This document shows, piece by piece, positions 45,417 through 49,614 of a stretch of 49,614 bases of DNA. The stretch is from the IMG/VR virus record IMGVR_UViG_3300033562_001124, positions 1 to 49,614 of that record. One strand, 5' to 3'. This stretch comes from a virus (Duplodnaviria; Caudoviricetes). The notes under the pieces are model-generated. The model worked only from the letters and a program-made list of their open reading frames with translations. It was not told the origin of the DNA and did not search any database. Each line of letters starts with the position of its first letter. The stretch's first letter is position 1. A program made the position numbers and the translations under genes.

Positions 45417-46033
45417 TATTCCATTTTCCTTAATGAGACTTTCATCATGTTTTTATAAATACGGTATGAAAAATTCACAACTTCATATCGTTCGGTTTGT
45501 TCAGTCAAACTTGGTGTCCATACTTGACCAACTGATATATCTCTATTAGGAATATATAGAACATCGCTACTTGCAGGTTCTCTCTGCATTGGAGTGATAT
45601 CTGTAAACGGTAGTCTGTTATCTTCGATCTGAAGCCCTATCGTACTGATCACAAAATCGAGTGTCTCCGTAAGCTCTTTAGTAATCGGATCTCTCTGCTT
45701 GACAATATTTCCAAATCTTCCTTCAACATTCGTTTCGACCATAAAGATGTTTTTGATTATTGTTGAATCTTCAAAAACATCTGGTTTGACGTTCATCACG
45801 ATTGTTTTTATACCACTAAAAGAAAGAATAAAACCTTCAGTGATAACAGAATCATAAGCAATTGTTCCAGACCAACAATTCTGCCTTATAAATTCTGTGG
45901 ACTGTTCTGGGTAGTTTTTCGCAATGATAAATTCTCCAGTGACAATTGGTCCTGTTACCGGAGTAACTTCCACACTTGCACCAAGTTCTTCAAGTACTTC
46001 AGAAATATCATCCCCGATAGCCATTATAACCAC
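45416..46033 (-). CDS. Putative head closure protein
   Basis: Synteny; start may be ATG 46024. Confidence 0.45.
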   Translation of the reverse strand: MVIMAIGDDISEVLEELGASVEVTPVTGPIVTGEFIIAKNYPEQSTEFIRQNCWSGTIAYDSVITEGFILSFSGIKTIVMNVKPDVFEDSTIIKNIFMVETNVEGRFGNIVKQRDPITKELTETLDFVISTIGLQIEDNRLPFTDITPMQREPASSDVLYIPNRDISVGQVWTPSLTEQTERYEVVNFSYRIYKNMMKVSLRKME

Positions 46034-46440
46034 CCTATTTCAAATGTTTTGGCAAATCTTGGAGCAATATACAAGAACATGTCACTTCCACCTATACCTG
46101 TATTCGATGGAAATAATAATGGATTTTCTTCTATTGCTTTCGCAAATGAATCATCCAACATGGCCACAAGTTTAAAAAGCTGGTTGAACTTGTGTTCAAG
46201 ATGTATCTTGTCATATTGGAATTTCAACGAAGCATCAATAACAAGAACATACAACACGTTCCGTTTCAATCGTTCAGTTAACCAATACTCAAGAAAAGAA
46301 CTGGTCAAAGGAAGAGTTACTCCAAGTTCAAAGACTGACATTTCTGCTGCTCTTTCCATAGCTTCAGTGCTTATTTTTGTTGGAGTACTTCCGAGCAATG
46401 GTGTTGTTTTTTCAATAAGATCATCAATATCAGCAATCAT
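46024..46440 (-). CDS. Putative head-tail adaptor
   Basis: Helical, 138 aa, synteny. Confidence 0.45.
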   Translation of the reverse strand: MIADIDDLIEKTTPLLGSTPTKISTEAMERAAEMSVFELGVTLPLTSSFLEYWLTERLKRNVLYVLVIDASLKFQYDKIHLEHKFNQLFKLVAMLDDSFAKAIEENPLLFPSNTGIGGSDMFLYIAPRFAKTFEIGWL

Positions 46441-46455
46441 GAGAATTATCCTTTT

Positions 46456-46929
46456 TTATAAATTGGCAGCAATGTCAATTTTTGTTGCCAATTTTTTCAT
46501 CAATTGGTTATTTTGTTCAGGGGTTAACGACCCATCCATAGTTGCAAGCTGAGAGGCTACTATTGCAGCAATTGCGTTTAGATCTTCTTGAGATAAACCT
46601 ACTCCACCAGATGAAGTTACAGCATATGCAGAAGCCTGAATATGGTCAATATGACTTCCCGTTGGTATTACTGGAAAATCAATATTACCACCACTTATTT
46701 GAAATGAACCAGAATTTGGGAATTGCAATGACCAACCATTCTCAGCTTTCACAGATGGAAATATAGCCCCTCCACCTATAGATATCTGTCGGTAAGAATG
46801 GATGTCAGGTTTTGTTCTTCCTTCAATAGATGATTCTATCAGACGTAGTTCTTCATGAAAAGAAACAGCATCTGGAATAGAACTATCTGAAAACAAAACC
46901 CTTGTTCTGTAATTTGCGATAAGAGCCAT
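46456..46929 (-). CDS. Hypothetical, probably virion protein
   Basis: Within the structural operon. Confidence 0.5.
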   Translation of the reverse strand: MALIANYRTRVLFSDSSIPDAVSFHEELRLIESSIEGRTKPDIHSYRQISIGGGAIFPSVKAENGWSLQFPNSGSFQISGGNIDFPVIPTGSHIDHIQASAYAVTSSGGVGLSQEDLNAIAAIVASQLATMDGSLTPEQNNQLMKKLATKIDIAANL

Positions 46930-46932
46930 AAA

Positions 46933-48363
46933 TCACTCATCCGGATTTAGTATAGCATTTAAACCATTTGTAGAAGATGCTCCAGCCACAAATGTGTTTT
47001 TGAATGTCTGTTTTGAATTAGGAGAAGTTCCTTTTTTGACAACTGCTAATGCTCCGAAATCCACATCATATGTGTAAGGAGCAGAAGAAACAGATGTTCC
47101 AGTAGAAACTTCATCTATAAAAGGTACCCATGCTTTCGAATTGATTGCATGAATAACTCCGCAAGTTCCAGACAAAGTGAAAACTTTTCCTGACCAACTA
47201 TCATAATCATGTGGGATATCATTTACTCTAATTACACCGTAAACAGGTGTATCTATTTTGATATCCTCTAAAATAGTTATGGAAGTAGAAATAGCTGTAG
47301 TTGCTGAAGCCAAAGTGTATTCATCTTCAAGAAACCAATCTTCTGCTTCATCATACCTTCCAACAACTACGGTAGCATCAGCAATAACAGAACCAATAGT
47401 AATTCCAGCGGTAACAGGATTCTTTACTTTGGTTCCATCATTACTTGTTAATTCGTAAGCTTGTGAATCAGCTGGAACTGAACCAGAAACATCCCACCCT
47501 TGAGCAACAAGCCATTTTCCAGCAGCAACATGTCCGAACGGTGCCGCAATATTTGGAGCAAACCCAGCATCTAAAGATTTATACCTCCAACCAGGTACTC
47601 CATTTATTGAGACAGTAGAGTCTTTGTCACAAATTGCTTGAAGGTACTGAGCAGCCTCAGAGGTTCTGCAACCGTTGGAAAGTGCAATAGTTCCATTGTA
47701 CAACTTAGAACCGTTACCATCTCCTTTGTCAGATGAATGTTGAACAAAAGACAGTGATACATTTGGAGCAATCAACAAAGCTTCTGCTAATGTCAATGTA
47801 GTCCAATCTGTAAGAGCCGTAGAAATGGACAAAATCTGTTCACTCCCAGCAATCAAGTTACCTGCAGAATTTGAATAAGTCTGACCATACTTTCTTGAAA
47901 AAGCTTCAACGTTACCACTATCAATGAACACATTGGCGGTTTTTGATTTCACCATTACTTGAATATGACCATCTGGCCAAAATACTGTAAGTTTTAATCC
48001 ATTTTGAACAAGATATATTGGTGAATTTGGAACAAGTGGTGTACCAATAGTTCTAATGCCTGTCCAAAGATCTGCTCCTCCATTTTGGGATATACTTCCG
48101 AAATTTAAAAATTGGGATTCAACGTCTGTGATATTAAAACCATTCAATAAGTTCATCGACATTGGTTTAATATCTGATCGTAGACCATCTATTTTTGATG
48201 GATCTTTTTTAATTGCACTAAGGATATCATCACCAGTATAAGTCCTTGCTGTTGCTAATGCTTGCAAATGTGCATGTAAAGCAAGAACTGTGTATACTGT
48301 AGTGCCTCCAGTTTTTCTAATAGCTCCAACATCACTAATCGAAAAATCATCAATAATTGCCAT
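46933..48363 (-). CDS. Virion structural protein
   Basis: GGAGG SD before ATG 48363 (MAIIDDF); G/S/T/A-rich. Confidence 0.55.
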   Translation of the reverse strand: MAIIDDFSISDVGAIRKTGGTTVYTVLALHAHLQALATARTYTGDDILSAIKKDPSKIDGLRSDIKPMSMNLLNGFNITDVESQFLNFGSISQNGGADLWTGIRTIGTPLVPNSPIYLVQNGLKLTVFWPDGHIQVMVKSKTANVFIDSGNVEAFSRKYGQTYSNSAGNLIAGSEQILSISTALTDWTTLTLAEALLIAPNVSLSFVQHSSDKGDGNGSKLYNGTIALSNGCRTSEAAQYLQAICDKDSTVSINGVPGWRYKSLDAGFAPNIAAPFGHVAAGKWLVAQGWDVSGSVPADSQAYELTSNDGTKVKNPVTAGITIGSVIADATVVVGRYDEAEDWFLEDEYTLASATTAISTSITILEDIKIDTPVYGVIRVNDIPHDYDSWSGKVFTLSGTCGVIHAINSKAWVPFIDEVSTGTSVSSAPYTYDVDFGALAVVKKGTSPNSKQTFKNTFVAGASSTNGLNAILNPDE

Positions 48364-48364
48364 T

Positions 48365-49614
48365 TTATTCCTCCTGATCAAGTTCTTGCTTGGATATTAT
48401 AGTAACATCTTCTCCAGCAAGTATTATTTGGGTTGCCCAAGGTCTATAATATGGAGCTGTTGCTGCACATCTTACTTCTATATTTAATACACCGGTAAAA
48501 TCAATAGTAAAAGATGGACCCTCGTCTAAATATAATACTTCATCAGTTGAAGCAACTGATGCCCGTATAACTGAACCAGCAGCCATTCCTAAAATAGTAA
48601 TAGTTGAAGTATTAAGAGGATACAAATTTAACTGAGCCGATTCGGAAGATGTCGTACTAATGGAAATATAGGTGACGGTGGAAGCATTAGCCGTCACGGT
48701 TTCAATAGCCCATTTCATCTTAAATCCGACTGCCGGATTTACCGTCTCAGCCGACAGATTCGCACCGGACATGGTTTTCCAGGCAGAATAGCCTGATCCG
48801 GTGTCTATCTTGTATTCCAAGAGGTAATTGCCAATAGTGCCCGATGACATGACCGGAGCTTCATTTAAAAATCCTGTATGCCCTAATCGAAAACATTCAT
48901 CTTCCCACTCTGCTCGGTCCCCCACATCATACATCAACACTGCCCCGGACGCATTGAAACGGGCACGGCCAGAAATTATACTAAATCTACTGGCGGTTTC
49001 CGGCGATGGTTCGTTCATGGCGAGAATTAGTTTACCGAATTTTTCACCGGTAAAAATGTCCATAAAATGAGTTCCGTACACCGCGGCTACTGTGGAGGTA
49101 GCAAAAGCCCCGGTAGCAACGCCCTTACATGAGACATTGATTGATTTTCCTCCAATTTGATTCGGAGTTATTCCATTTGAATACAAAGAATAAATACCAG
49201 AGTTTTCCACCAATACATCTGCGTCGCTGGCATTTCCCGTTACCAGACTGCTACGCAGAAAAGAAAACTTACAACGCTTCATACGGAAACCCGACGATGA
49301 TCCATCGCTATACGCTGCATAAGTTGGAGCATAAAGATTAGGGCGCCAGTTTCTCTTTATGGTTTCATCTATATTTTTCATCGTAAAATCAATAGAGGAA
49401 TCGTATTTGATAATATAAGTTGAGGGGTTATTATCCGCGATTTCTCCATTGAATCCGAATGTCAATCCGTCTAAAGTGGCGTTATTTCCGCTGATAGTAA
49501 TTATTACGGGCGAAGTAGAAACACTTAATCCGTTTATCCTGCCCGTAAAATCTAAATCCTTAATGTCTAACTTACCAGCACTTGACACATAAATTCCATT
49601 TCCTACTAATTTAC
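48365..49614 (-). CDS. Virion structural protein, 5'-truncated by the window edge
   Basis: Frame stays open from 49588 to the window end; beta-rich. Confidence 0.6.
   Translation of the reverse strand, partial: KLVGNGIYVSSAGKLDIKDLDFTGRINGLSVSTSPVIITISGNNATLDGLTFGFNGEIADNNPSTYIIKYDSSIDFTMKNIDETIKRNWRPNLYAPTYAAYSDGSSSGFRMKRCKFSFLRSSLVTGNASDADVLVENSGIYSLYSNGITPNQIGGKSINVSCKGVATGAFATSTVAAVYGTHFMDIFTGEKFGKLILAMNEPSPETASRFSIISGRARFNASGAVLMYDVGDRAEWEDECFRLGHTGFLNEAPVMSSGTIGNYLLEYKIDTGSGYSAWKTMSGANLSAETVNPAVGFKMKWAIETVTANASTVTYISISTTSSESAQLNLYPLNTSTITILGMAAGSVIRASVASTDEVLYLDEGPSFTIDFTGVLNIEVRCAATAPYYRPWATQIILAGEDVTIISKQELDQEE

Noticed and set aside
1-49614. tRNA/rRNA genes, integrase or genetic-code reassignment
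   Set aside because: None recognised; intergenic gaps are short and genes are intact under the standard code with all three stops used

Overview
AT-rich segment of a large tailed dsDNA phage, probably a siphovirus (2374-aa tape measure protein, no sheath gene seen), with two convergent arms. The + arm (1-20059) holds a 7-deazaguanine-type DNA-modification cluster (radical SAM, QueC-like, HAD, DpdA/TGT-like, MazG-like). A replication/recombination module follows: sliding clamp, UDG-fused family A polymerase, intein-containing DnaX-like clamp loader, SSB, RecA, flap nuclease, resolvase, ligase, ThyX and a split Rad50 with Mre11. The - arm (20052-49614) holds neck, tail, tail-fibre and putative lysis genes. 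The best candidate for an undescribed system is the 380-aa DnaX intein (8001-9140). It lacks an in-frame endonuclease but carries a complete 266-aa zinc-finger/DUF559-Vsr-like endonuclease gene overprinted in the +1 frame (8317-9117), with its own sigma70-like promoter and Shine-Dalgarno inside the intein. Other notable points are a possibly split DpdA with an uncalled 57-aa ORF, a displaced paralog of the major tail protein, a membrane PAS protein beside a holin-like gene, and a -1 frameshift in the tail chaperone gene whose frame was checked by hand. All family assignments come from motifs recognised by eye; no database searches were run.
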